A DNA stretch of 64,000 nucleotides. Source: an uncultured Acidobacteriota bacterium (GTDB lineage: Bacteria > Actinomycetota > Acidimicrobiia > Spongiisociales > ZC4RG35). The stretch spans positions 484,419-548,418 of the forward strand of contig CAVVCY010000003.1 in NCBI GenBank assembly GCA_963746905.1, in the 5' to 3' direction. Below are positions 9,609 to 21,150 of the stretch, piece after piece. A program made the position numbers and the translations under genes. A model generated the notes under the pieces. That model was not told the DNA's origin. It saw only the letters and a list, made by a program, of their open reading frames with translations, and ran no database searches. How positions within the stretch are numbered: position 1 is the stretch's first letter; every line of letters begins with the position of its first letter.

Positions 9609-11245
9609 GCCGGAATCTGGCGACCTCACTCGTCGTCGTGCTCCTGGCTGCTTGCACCGCTTCGGGGTCCAGCGGAACTGCCACCAGCCGCCCTGGTGCC
9701 CCGACCACCACGACTATTGATGCTGGCTCAGGGACCTCGGTCGCTGAGACCCCAGGGGACCTCACCTGCTGGACCGGCCCCACCACCGGCACTCCAGGCC
9801 CGATCAGCTTCGCCGACGTCACCGAGGAGATGGGCCTGATCGATCCCCTGATCGGGATGTACGGGCACACCGGCGCCTTCGGAGATCCCAACGGCGACGG
9901 TTACCCCGACCTGGTGTTCGGCACCTTCGCCGACCGGGAGATCGAGGACTATCAGGTTCGGGGAGCGGACGGCCCCCGACCCGACCAGTTGCTGCTCAGC
10001 ACACCCGGATTGACTCCCCTCGATGGGTGGAGCACTGAGCTGGGGCGCACCTCGGGGGCGGTGTTCGCCGACTTCGACGGGGACGGCGACGACGACCTTC
10101 TCCTCATCCGCCATGCCGGGCGCTCCGCCGACTCGGAGACCCCGAGCCGTCTCTTCGAGAACGTCGACGGCACACTCCAGCCCCACGGCGAGATCCTTCC
10201 TCCTGATTTCCGGGGAAGAACTCCGGCGGTTGCTGACTTCGACCGCGATGGTCTCCTCGATCTCTACGTATCCGAGGACAACTCCGGCGAGACCGGCGGA
10301 CTGCTCCTTCACAATGAGGGCTCACTCGAGTTCACCGACGTGACCGGCGGTTCCGGGCTAGAAGGGGTATTGGCCCTGAGTGCCGCCGCCGGAGATCTCA
10401 ACGGTGACGGCCTCCCCGACCTAGCCACCTCCACCGCGGTGTTCCTCAACCAGGGCAGTCTCGCCTTTGAGGACGTGACTCCGGCCGACTACGCGGCGAT
10501 CCCCGTCGGAATCGAGGACGACGCAGCCGGGGTCGCAATCGGCGATCTCAACAAGGACGGGATGCCCGAGATCGTGGTCGGCCAGCATTATCGGGCGACG
10601 GTGGAATTCGACTCCGAGATCCCGGTGCGCGTATTCCTCAACCAGGAAAGTGGGTTCGAGGACGTCACCGAGGAGGCCGGGCTCACCCCTCTCCCCACTC
10701 TGGCACCCCATGTCGAAATCGCGGATATCGACAACGACGGCTGGCCGGACATCGTCACTTCGGCCTCGGCCAGTGATGGGAACGCCCCCGCCGTCTATCG
10801 CAATCTCGGCGGGGCAGCCATCTCCTTCGAAGTCTCCTCAGGGCTTGGGTCGGATCAGTACTGGGTAGGCGCCCCGGTAGTCGACGTGGACCGCGACGGA
10901 CGACTCGATGTCTTCGGGGTCGAATGGGAGCCGGCGCTCCCCTCGATCATGTTCCGCAACACCGGTGACAGCGGTCATTGGCTCGAGGTGTCGATTGGTG
11001 GCCCGGGACGGGGCATCGGTGCCGTGGTCACGGTGTCCACCGAAGACGGCACTGTGATCGCGCGCCAGGAGATCAGCGCCGGGGGCGGCTACGCCTCGGG
11101 GCATCTCCCCGTGGCCCACTTCGGCCTGGGCGCTTCGACCGAGGCGGTTGTCAGGATCCAGATGCCCGACGGGACCGTCACCGAACTGCCCGGAATCCTC
11201 GCTGACCAGCACCTACGCTGGCCCCAGGGGTGTGGAGGGCAGTAG
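9605..11245 (+). CDS. CRTAC1-family protein: FG-GAP/VCBS repeats plus C-terminal ASPIC/UnbV domain, lipoprotein
   Basis: Lipobox LLAAC|TASG. At least 6 FG-GAP-like calcium-binding repeats (FADFDGDGDDDLLL, VADFDRDGLLDLYV, GDLNGDGLPDL, IGDLNKDGMPEIVVG, ADIDNDGWPDIV, VDVDRDGRLDVF) and a C-terminal UnbV_ASPIC-like region (GIGAVVTVSTEDGTVIARQEISAGGGYASG). Confidence 0.75.
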   Translation: MSRNLATSLVVVLLAACTASGSSGTATSRPGAPTTTTIDAGSGTSVAETPGDLTCWTGPTTGTPGPISFADVTEEMGLIDPLIGMYGHTGAFGDPNGDGYPDLVFGTFADREIEDYQVRGADGPRPDQLLLSTPGLTPLDGWSTELGRTSGAVFADFDGDGDDDLLLIRHAGRSADSETPSRLFENVDGTLQPHGEILPPDFRGRTPAVADFDRDGLLDLYVSEDNSGETGGLLLHNEGSLEFTDVTGGSGLEGVLALSAAAGDLNGDGLPDLATSTAVFLNQGSLAFEDVTPADYAAIPVGIEDDAAGVAIGDLNKDGMPEIVVGQHYRATVEFDSEIPVRVFLNQESGFEDVTEEAGLTPLPTLAPHVEIADIDNDGWPDIVTSASASDGNAPAVYRNLGGAAISFEVSSGLGSDQYWVGAPVVDVDRDGRLDVFGVEWEPALPSIMFRNTGDSGHWLEVSIGGPGRGIGAVVTVSTEDGTVIARQEISAGGGYASGHLPVAHFGLGASTEAVVRIQMPDGTVTELPGILADQHLRWPQGCGGQ

Positions 11246-11303
11246 TCGGCCAACCGGCACGCGGGGCTCCTGCTGTCCGGCCGGTTGGGTAGCATCGCGA
11301 CCT

Positions 11304-12581
11304 ATGACCGACCTCGTCACCCGTCACAAGGACGTGATCTCGCCCGTGATCGCTTTCGACACGGATATCCACGCCGTGAAGGCGGAGGGGATCTGGGTCA
11401 CCGACGTCAACGGCAGACGCTGGGCCGATTTCGCCTGCGGCACCGCGGTGGTCAACCTCGGTCACAACCACCCGGCGGTCGTCGAGGCCGCCCACCGCCA
11501 GATCGACAGCCTCATGCATTCGGGGTGCATCGTCCGCTACGACGCCATCGTCGAGGCCGCGGAGAGACTTCGGGAGATCACCCCGCCTGGCATCCAGAAG
11601 TTCGCCTTCGCCAACTCTGGCGCTGAGGCGGTCGAAGCCGCCGTGAAGCTCGCCAAATACTCGACCGGGCGTCAGGGAGTCATCGCCTTCCGCGGGGCGT
11701 TTCATGGGCGGACCATGGGGTCGATTAGCTACACCACCTCCAACGCCAGGTACCGGGATGGGTACCACCCGGTCCTGGGATCGGTGTTCGTGGCCCCCTT
11801 CCCCCACCCCTATCGCTGGGGGATGACCGAGGCCGAGGCCGTCGATCACGCCCTCAACGAGTTGCGGATGACCTTCAAGCACGTGGTCACCCCCAAAAAC
11901 ATCGCTTGCTTCTTGGTGGAACCGGTTCAGGGCGAGGGCGGTTACTACCCGGCGCCATCGGCATTCCTCGACGCTCTTAGGGAACTTGCGAACGAGCACG
12001 GGATCATGCTGGTCTACGACGAGGTCCAAACCGGCTTCGGCCGGACCGCCGAGTGGTTCGCAGCCGACCACTTCGACGCCAAGCCGGACATCATGGCCAT
12101 GGGCAAGGGGATCGCCAATGGCTTGCCCCTCTCCGCCTATGGATCCTCGGTCGAGATCATGGACAACTGGCCGGTCGGCGCCCACGGCACCACCTTCGGG
12201 GGCAACCCCGTCTCGACCGCCGCCGCGGTGGCGGTGATGGACACCATGGAAGGGCTCCTCCCCCACGCCCGGGAGCTGTCGAAGCGGGTCTTTGAGCGCT
12301 TCCATGAGATGGCGGAGAGTCACCCCACGATCGGAGACGTGCGCGGCCTGGGGTTGATGACCGGTGTCGAGTTGGTCACTGACCGGGAGAGCCGGACTCC
12401 GGACAAGCCCGCCTTCCAGCACGTCGAAAAGCACGCCTACGACCGTGATCTGATTGTCATCAATTGTGGCCCCGACGGGAACGTCATCCGTTTCATCCCG
12501 CCACTGGTGGCCACCACCGAGGAGGTCGACTGGGCGATGGACCTGCTTGACGAAGGTCTGACCAGTTGGGAGAGCCGCTAG
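11304..12581 (+). CDS. Class-III (aspartate aminotransferase fold) PLP-dependent aminotransferase, GabT/ornithine aminotransferase-like
   Basis: From the ATG at 11304: MTDLVTRHKDVISPVIAFD...; GSISYTT..., LVEPVQGEGG, DEVQTGFGRT, and the PLP-lysine region MAMGKGIANGLP. The track ORF has a spurious 52-aa N-terminal extension. Confidence 0.85.
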   Translation: MTDLVTRHKDVISPVIAFDTDIHAVKAEGIWVTDVNGRRWADFACGTAVVNLGHNHPAVVEAAHRQIDSLMHSGCIVRYDAIVEAAERLREITPPGIQKFAFANSGAEAVEAAVKLAKYSTGRQGVIAFRGAFHGRTMGSISYTTSNARYRDGYHPVLGSVFVAPFPHPYRWGMTEAEAVDHALNELRMTFKHVVTPKNIACFLVEPVQGEGGYYPAPSAFLDALRELANEHGIMLVYDEVQTGFGRTAEWFAADHFDAKPDIMAMGKGIANGLPLSAYGSSVEIMDNWPVGAHGTTFGGNPVSTAAAVAVMDTMEGLLPHARELSKRVFERFHEMAESHPTIGDVRGLGLMTGVELVTDRESRTPDKPAFQHVEKHAYDRDLIVINCGPDGNVIRFIPPLVATTEEVDWAMDLLDEGLTSWESR

Positions 12582-12589
12582 CGGCCAGC

Positions 12590-13110
12590 CCGACTTCGCC
12601 CTGACCGCGGCGATCGCCTGGTCGATGGTTGGATAGAGGGCCGGTCCGGACCCCCGCTCGCCAGTTGGGAGCAGGTCCTGCACCTGGCCTATGTCGTGTG
12701 CGATCACCAGATCGACCTCATTCGACCGCAATTCTTCGTTTACTTCGATGAGCATTCGCACCGCGGTGACGTCGATCGAGGGGATGGTCTCGGCATCGAT
12801 GATCACTGCCTTCGTCCCCGGCCTTGCCGCGGCTGAGCGGATATGGGCACGCACGAACTCCGAGTTGGCAAAGAAGAGGCCGCTTTCGACCCGAACGATC
12901 TCTATGCCAGCAGGCTTGACCGCCTCCGGCCTGCGCTCGATGTCGGTGTAGACGTCTGTGCCCGGAACCACCCCGAGTTCGGCGATGTGCGGCCTGGAGG
13001 ACCGATAGACGATGAGCAGGATCGACACGATGATGCCGATGAACAGACCGGGCAGGGTGTCGAAGATGAGAACCCCGAGCACCGCTGCCATCGCGGCGAT
13101 GAAGTCCGGC
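12590..13110 (-). pseudogene. Remnant of a SulP-family anion transporter: last TM helices plus complete STAS domain only, N-terminal about 380 aa missing
   Basis: Within the long minus ORF 11178..13340, only residues about 78-250 look SulP-like (FIAAMAAVLGVLIFDTLPGLFIGIIVSILLIVYRSSRPHIAELGVVPGT...GLFFANSEFVRAHIRS...ETIPSIDVTAVRMLIEV...TIDQAIAAV). Upstream sequence is not transporter-like. There is no stop before it runs antisense into the aminotransferase gene. Confidence 0.5.
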
Positions 13111-13224
13111 CGGGCGGGGCTGGACGTGGGGCGGCTATTGGGATTCTCCCACCGACTTCCAGCACTTTTCGACAACAGGACATTGACCGGGAACCGACTC
13201 GTGGTGAAACGACATCTAATCCCC

Positions 13225-14043
13225 ATGGGAAGGAAGACCATCGGACTGCTCGCCGCAGCCACCCTGCTCCTTGTCGCCTGTGGAACCGAGATCGCCACCC
13301 TCGAACCGCCAGACGATCCGGTCACCCCCGTCATGCGCATCCACTACGAGGGTGGATTCGTGCCCCTGGAGTGGAGCCTCGCCTCTGGCCCCTCTTATGA
13401 GCTCCTGAGCGATGGCCGCTTGATAATTCCCGGTGTCACAACCATGCAGTACCCCGGACCTCTTGTGGTTCCCTACCAGCAGGTTCAGTTGAGCGAGGCC
13501 GATGTCGACCGGGTGATGGCCCTGCTCCAGGACATGGGAATCGCGGAGATGACGGACGAGAGGGACGACTCTCAGGCTGCCCACATCGCCGACGCTCCCA
13601 ACTATGTCATCACCTTTTGGGACGATCAAGGCGAGCACAAGTACTCGATCTACGCCCTTGGGATCGAGTCCGACGCCAACAACGCCGCCACCCAGGCGGC
13701 CGTCCAACTCGACGCTCTGATGCTCGAGCTGTCCTCGAACCCGACCGAGCCCTACGTGGCTGACGAGATCAAGGTGTTGGCCGGGGTGAGCACAGCTCAG
13801 CCCGAACCTGGCTTCGAAGACGTTCGCCCCTGGCCGTTGCCCGACGATCCTCAGGAATGGGGCGGGTTCTCCGGGATCGACTGGAAGTGCAACGTCTACC
13901 TGGGTGACACCATCGATCTGTTCGCTGATGCCACTCAGGTCACCACCTGGACTCCGCCATCCGGCGACGGAGACCCCTACACCCTGCTCGTGCGACAGTT
14001 GCTGCCCGGCGAGGAAGGCTGCCGGGAGCTCGCCTCGCCCTAG
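13225..14043 (+). CDS. Hypothetical lipoprotein
   Basis: From the ATG at 13225: MGRKTIGLLAAATLLLVAC|GTE lipobox; 272 aa; no recognised domain. Confidence 0.6.
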   Translation: MGRKTIGLLAAATLLLVACGTEIATLEPPDDPVTPVMRIHYEGGFVPLEWSLASGPSYELLSDGRLIIPGVTTMQYPGPLVVPYQQVQLSEADVDRVMALLQDMGIAEMTDERDDSQAAHIADAPNYVITFWDDQGEHKYSIYALGIESDANNAATQAAVQLDALMLELSSNPTEPYVADEIKVLAGVSTAQPEPGFEDVRPWPLPDDPQEWGGFSGIDWKCNVYLGDTIDLFADATQVTTWTPPSGDGDPYTLLVRQLLPGEEGCRELASP

Positions 14044-14103
14044 GCCCCCCTCGCCCGACCTGGAAGGTCGGGCGGTCCCCCCGCTTCGCAGGGGGACAAA
14101 AGC
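14044..14103. repeat. REP-like two-hairpin intergenic element (copy A), between convergent genes
   Basis: gcccccctcg-[cgcccgacc tggaa ggtcgggcg]-gtcccccc gcttcgc agggggac aaaag. It shares its 5' and 3' modules with the two copies at 42033-42180. Confidence 0.7.
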
Positions 14104-14106
14104 TCC

Positions 14107-15462
14107 TCAGGCGATGACCGGGACCTTCTCCATGGCGGCCGCGATCCGCTCCTCCGGGTACTCGTAGTCCTCCATCGAGCCATCGAAGTGAGACTGATAT
14201 GCGCCCATGTCGAAATGCCCATGCCCCGATAGGTTGAAGACGATCACCTTTTCCTCACCGGACTCCTTGGCTTGCTCGGCCTGAGCAAGCGCCGAAGCTA
14301 TGGCATGGCTCGACTCCGGGGCGGGAAGAATGCCTTCGGTGCGGGCGAACTTGACGGCAGCGGTGAAGGTCTCGGTTTGCTGCCTCGCCTCGGCTTCGAT
14401 TACTCCCTGATCGTGGAGTAGCGACACCAGAGGCGCCATCCCGTGATACCGAAGCCCACCAGCATGGATCGGGTCGGGCACAAAGTCATGGCCCAGGGTG
14501 TGCATCTTGACGATGGGGGCCATCCCCACCGCGTCGCCGAAATCGAACTGGTAGCTGCCCCTGGTCAACGAGGGGGCGGCGGCCGGCTCGACAGCGATCA
14601 CGGTCGGGTTGGTGGTCCCGGCCAACTTGTCTCGAAGAAAGGGGAAGGCGAACCCTGAGAAGTTCGAACCGCCACCAGCACAACCAATGAGGACATCTGG
14701 CGTCTCCCCCACCAGGGCCAACTGCTTCAGCGCTTCCTCGCCAATCACAGTCTGATGCATAAGCACGTGGTTAAGGACCGAGCCCAACGAGTACTTGGTG
14801 TCATCGTGGGTTGCCGCCACCTCGACCGCCTCGGAGATGGCAATGCCAAGACTCCCGGTTGAAGTTGGGTCGGCCTCGAGGATCGAGCGCCCGGCCCCGG
14901 TCCGGTCCGAGGGCGACGGGTAGACGGTGGCACCCCAGGCTTCGATCATCGCCCGACGATATGGCTTCTGGTCGTAGGAGGCCCGGACCATGTAGACCTC
15001 CAACTCGATGCCGAACAAGGCGCAGGCAAACGAGAGTGCCGATCCCCACTGGCCGGCTCCGGTCTCCGTGGACAGCTTTTTCACCCCGGCTTTGGCGTTG
15101 TAGTAGGCCTGAGCCACCGCAGTGTTCGGCTTGTGCGATCCGGCCGGACTAACTCCTTCGTACTTGTAATAGATCCGAGCCGGGCCGCCGATCGAGTTCT
15201 CCAGGTTCTTGGCCCGATATAGCGGCGTTGGGCGCCACATCCGGTAGACCTCGCGGACCTCTTCAGGGATCTCGATGAACCGGTCCTGACTTACTTCCTG
15301 GAGGATGAGATCCATCGGGAACAGAGGCGCCAGATCGTCGGGCCCCACCGGCTCGTGGGTGCCCGGATGGAGAACCGGCGGAGGCGGGACCGGAAGATCG
15401 GGGACGATGTTGTACCAGTGGGTCGGCAGCTCTGACTCCGGCAGGGTGATCTTGGTGTCCAT
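14107..15462 (-). CDS. TrpB-like PLP-dependent enzyme (tryptophan synthase beta chain type 2, TrpB2)
   Basis: 451 aa. The long N-terminal extension and fold-type II PLP motifs (...[19 protein letters not shown]..., [11 protein letters not shown]) are characteristic of TrpB2. Confidence 0.8.
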   Translation of the reverse strand: MDTKITLPESELPTHWYNIVPDLPVPPPPVLHPGTHEPVGPDDLAPLFPMDLILQEVSQDRFIEIPEEVREVYRMWRPTPLYRAKNLENSIGGPARIYYKYEGVSPAGSHKPNTAVAQAYYNAKAGVKKLSTETGAGQWGSALSFACALFGIELEVYMVRASYDQKPYRRAMIEAWGATVYPSPSDRTGAGRSILEADPTSTGSLGIAISEAVEVAATHDDTKYSLGSVLNHVLMHQTVIGEEALKQLALVGETPDVLIGCAGGGSNFSGFAFPFLRDKLAGTTNPTVIAVEPAAAPSLTRGSYQFDFGDAVGMAPIVKMHTLGHDFVPDPIHAGGLRYHGMAPLVSLLHDQGVIEAEARQQTETFTAAVKFARTEGILPAPESSHAIASALAQAEQAKESGEEKVIVFNLSGHGHFDMGAYQSHFDGSMEDYEYPEERIAAAMEKVPVIA

Positions 15463-15529
15463 AGTTTGAAGTTACACCGCTAGGTCGAGGGTATGTTGGG
15501 CCCGGGAAGAGCTAACCGGGAGCGATTCA

Positions 15530-16291
15530 ATGACCGATGGCCCCTTGTTCAGCCGCCGAATGGCGATCGCCGAGATGGGCAAGGCCGGTCTGGCTGTAGC
15601 CGTCCTTGGAATTGCAGCCTGCTCCGACGAGGGAACCGGCGGCTCGAGCAGTCCGACCACGTCGGCACCACGGGCGGCAACCTCGAGCACCGTGGTCGTC
15701 GGGTCGTCCTACAGGCGCATCAATCTCGGATTCGTCAACGCCTACATCCTTTTCCGCGCCGGCGAGGTGGCGCTGGTCGATACCGGCACCTCGGGAAGCG
15801 AGGAGGCGATTGCGGCTGCCCTCGACGGAATCGGGGTGGGATGGGAGGCCGTGGGCCATGTGATCGTCACTCACAAGCATCCAGACCACCAGGGGAGCCT
15901 GGCCGCGGTGGTGGCACTGGCTCCGGCCGCGCATGTCTACGCCGGAGCCGAAGACATACCTGAGATGGAGACCGTCACCACACCCACCGCGGTGGGCGAC
16001 GGGGAACAGGTGTTTGGCTTGGAGATCATCAAGACCCCGGGGCACACAGCCGGTCACATCTCGGTACTCGACGAGGTGGCGGGGGTCATGGTGACCGGTG
16101 ACGCCCTCAATGGGCTCAATGGAGGGGTGACAGGACCCAACCCGTCGTTCTCCGAGGACATGACGGCGGCCAACGCATCCGTGGCCAAGCTGGCGGGGTT
16201 CACCTACCAGACTGCTCTGTTTGGCCACGGTGAGCCGGTGCTCACCGAGGCTTCGGAACGGGTCAACGAACTCGCATCGAGTCTCGGCTGA
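15530..16291 (+). CDS. MBL-fold metallo-hydrolase, secreted (lipoprotein/Tat-like signal)
   Basis: HKHPDHQG (HxHxDH) zinc motif and downstream GHTAGH; N-terminal signal with a ...LGIAAC|S lipobox. Confidence 0.8.
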   Translation: MTDGPLFSRRMAIAEMGKAGLAVAVLGIAACSDEGTGGSSSPTTSAPRAATSSTVVVGSSYRRINLGFVNAYILFRAGEVALVDTGTSGSEEAIAAALDGIGVGWEAVGHVIVTHKHPDHQGSLAAVVALAPAAHVYAGAEDIPEMETVTTPTAVGDGEQVFGLEIIKTPGHTAGHISVLDEVAGVMVTGDALNGLNGGVTGPNPSFSEDMTAANASVAKLAGFTYQTALFGHGEPVLTEASERVNELASSLG

Positions 16292-16318
16292 GAGCCCGGC
16301 AATCCTTACGATCCGGAC

Positions 16319-16798
16319 ATGAGCCCGCTTGGAGAGTTCGTGGTGGCACTGGCGATTCTCGCCGGCCTATTTGGGATCGTCCTCCCATTCCTACCGGGGC
16401 TGATCCTGATCGTTGCCGCGGTCCTGGTCTGGGCCTTCGCCGTCGGCACTCCGACCGCATGGGCGGTGGCATTGGTCAGCATCGCGCTCGGAGTTGGAGG
16501 CACGATCTTCAAGTACCTGGTGCCTGGCCGCCGGCTGAAAGAGGTGGGCCTGCCTACGTCGACCCTGGTCATTGCGATCGGAGTCGCCATCGTGGGCCTC
16601 TTCGTCATCCCGGTGGTCGGAGCCCCCATCGGATTCGTTGCCACGATCTACCTGGCCGAGCGGATCCGCGTCGGCGCCAAGGCGGCGTGGCCGACCACGA
16701 AGACGTCACTGGGGGCGGTGGCGGCCTCGATCGGGATCGAACTGGCGACCGGCCTCATCATCGCCGCCCTCTGGTTCGGCGCGGTGATCTTCGACTGA
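16319..16798 (+). CDS. DUF456-family membrane protein
   Basis: 159 aa, four hydrophobic helices, GLFGIVLPFLPGLILIV motif typical of DUF456. Confidence 0.65.
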   Translation: MSPLGEFVVALAILAGLFGIVLPFLPGLILIVAAVLVWAFAVGTPTAWAVALVSIALGVGGTIFKYLVPGRRLKEVGLPTSTLVIAIGVAIVGLFVIPVVGAPIGFVATIYLAERIRVGAKAAWPTTKTSLGAVAASIGIELATGLIIAALWFGAVIFD

Positions 16799-16860
16799 TC
16801 TCCGTAGTTGGGTTGCACAGGTCCGTATTTGACCCCTGTTGATCCCAATTAGAGGTGGGT

Positions 16861-18806
<1,946 letters not shown>

Positions 18807-18810
<4 letters not shown>

Positions 18811-20379
18811 GCGCTCTCATCCTCCTCGGGGTCGGCGGAAGCTACCAGAGGCTTGCGGGCCCGCCACCAGGTGACAAGGCCGATAGCGGCGAAGGCGATC
18901 ATCAGGACGTCACCGGTCCGGGCGTAAAGGGAGGGCTGGAGACCATCCACGCTTCCGTAGAGGATCTCCTGGGTGCCAAGCCCGGTGGTCGGCGACAAGC
19001 CACCACCTGCGCTGATGAACGCCGATTTCCCGGTGACCGCGGCATGGACCACGTCAAGGCCCAATTCGGCGGCCCGCATCCGGGTCATCCCGATGAACTG
19101 ATCGGAACCGGGGGTGGTCCCATACGAGGCCTCGTTGGTGGCGACCACGATGAAGTTGGCGCCCTCCTTCACATGCTGTCTCGGGTAACGGGAGAAGCCG
19201 CCCTCGAAGGAGATCACCGAGCCCATCATCACCCCGTCGCCAAGGTCGAACACCACCGGGCCGTCGCCGGGGATCATGTCACGGGGCACCTGATCGAGGG
19301 CCGGGATCCATTCGAATAGGGGACGGATCGGGATGTACTCCCCGAACGGAACGGGGTGTTGTTTCTGGTATTCGCCGACGATCTCACCTTGAGGGTTGAA
19401 CACGATGTTGACGTTCACCCACTGCGTGTCGCTGATCGGGCGATCCGAGCCGACCAGGAACCAGGCCCCGATGCGCCGGGCCTCGGCGGCGATCGCATCT
19501 CCGATCTCCGGGTTCTGCACCGGGTCGGCATTGAAACCGCCGGTCGAACCCTCGGCCCAGACCACCAAGGACACCGCTCCCGGCTCGATGGTCTTGGTCA
19601 ATTCGAGATGTTGCTGGAAAGTGCGGAGTCGCTCGTCGGGCGGGCAGTGCTCGAAAGGACAGGGCGTGGATCCCTGGACAACGGCCACAGGGATTCCCTG
19701 ACTCTGCGCGTTCCGGTTGTAGTGGGGATTGACTGAGCCACCCAGAAGGAGGATCGGCAGCGGGGTCAGGACCCACCAATTGCGTGGCTTCCTCCACAGC
19801 GCCACCACCGCGGCCACAGCCATCACGGCCAGCACGGTGACCCCGGTGTGTCCCGTACATCGGGGCGAAGTCCCGGGCCCAAACCTGATCGGACAGGCCG
19901 TAGCCCACGGCCCCCCACTCGAAAGAGAGGACTGGCATGTGATAACGGATCAACTCGGTGACGGCCCAGCCCCCGACTGCGAGCAGGAACCAGGTCCCGG
20001 AATCACGATCGTTGTACTTCGACAGCCACCATCCGTAGGCCGCCCAGAAAGTGGCCTGGTACACCACGAGGGGGATCACCGCCACCAGACCAAGCTCTAC
20101 GAACCACCAGAGCAGGATGGCGTTGAACACCATCCCGTAGGCCGTGCCCAGCAACAGACCCTGCTTGCGGTTGGGCGCAGTGCGCAACCCGGCGAGGAAG
20201 AGGGCAACGCCAGGCAGGATCAGCCACCCGGGGCCGATTCGGGGAAAAGCGAGGCCGGAGAGGACAGCCCCACCGACAACCAGCAACAGGCCAGTCACCG
20301 GCGAGAGGGTAGGGATTCCCGTTCCGTAGAGTGCCGGCCATGTGGGAAGGTGACCTCTGGGTTGCGGTGCGAGCGGCAC
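18807..20379 (-). pseudogene. lnt: Apolipoprotein N-acyltransferase (Lnt): membrane domain and CN-hydrolase domain in two frames, about 1-nt indel near 19841-19846; possibly a sequencing artifact
   Basis: ORF 19384..20379 carries the Lnt N-terminal TM region through ...GYGLSDQVWARDFAPMYG. ORF 18807..19835 carries the following TM (GVTVLAVMAVAAVVALW) plus the CN-hydrolase domain (VAVVQGS...VVWAEG...). The frames differ by 1; the switch lies in a CCCCGG run. Confidence 0.75.
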
Positions 20380-21150
20380 GGGCCGGAGCCGATGTGGTTC
20401 GCCGTGGCTTTGAGGAGTCCTTCGACACCGAGATGAAAGGCGTCGTCGACCCGGTGACCGACATCGACCGTGAGGCGGAGGCCGCGGTCACCGAGGTCAT
20501 CTCCGACCATTTCCCGGACGACTCCATCCTCGCCGAGGAGGGCGGAGGCGGCGGACGATTGGCACGGTCCACGGGTTTGGATCATTGATCCACTCGACGG
20601 CACCGTGAACTTCGTCAACCGCGTCCCTCATGTTGCGGTCTCGGTCGCCCTCTGGGACAACGGCGAGCCCTTGGTTGGGGTAGTTATCGATGTCGGCCGA
20701 AATGAGGAGTTCGTAGCAGCTGTCGGTGAAGGGGCGCGCAGCAACGGGCAGGCGATCCACGTGTCCAACACCGACTCGCTGGAGGATTCACTGCTGGCAA
20801 CGGGTTTTCCCTACGACCGTCAGGAACATGCCGGGGCCTATCTCGAGGCCATGGAACAAGTGATGACCCGGTGCCGGGACTCACGACGGATGGGTGCAGC
20901 TGCCCTCGACATGGCCTGGGTGGCCTGCGGCCGCTTCGATGGTTACTGGGAGCACGCAGGGACCCATGGTGTGAAGCCCTGGGACGCGGCGGCGGCCATG
21001 CTCCTCGTGACAGAGGCCGGTGGGACCGCCACGAACAGCAAGGGCGGGGTCAACGACCTCGAACCGTCCGCCTTTGTCGTCACCAACGGCAAGATCCACG
21101 AGGACCTGCGGATGGTCATCGACGAGCACATGCCGGCTCATCTCCAATGA
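20331..21150 (+). pseudogene. Inositol monophosphatase family protein (SuhB/ImpA-like), split by a 1-nt indel in a GGCGG repeat; possibly a sequencing artifact
   Basis: ORF 20331..20588 has the IMPase N-terminus through ...ILAEEGGGGG. ORF 20470..21150 continues in the other frame with DDWHGPRVWIIDPLDGTVNF... and the rest of the fold. Removing one G in ggcggaggcggcgga (20541-20556) gives EEGGGGDDWHGPRVWIIDPLDGT. Confidence 0.75.

Noticed and set aside
11178-13340. 720-aa minus-strand ORF
   Set aside because: It is mostly antisense to the class-III aminotransferase. Only the 12590-13110 portion shows real (SulP/STAS) homology. The rest is a high-GC open-frame artefact.
15530-16291. Metallo-beta-lactamase resistance determinant
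   Set aside because: Only the generic MBL-fold HxHxDH motif is present. The subclass B1/B2/B3 signature context is not evident, so it is treated as a generic MBL-fold hydrolase.
20003-20572. 189-aa minus ORF spanning the lnt/IMPase boundary
   Set aside because: It is antisense or off-frame to two supported genes, and is Ser/Arg-rich.
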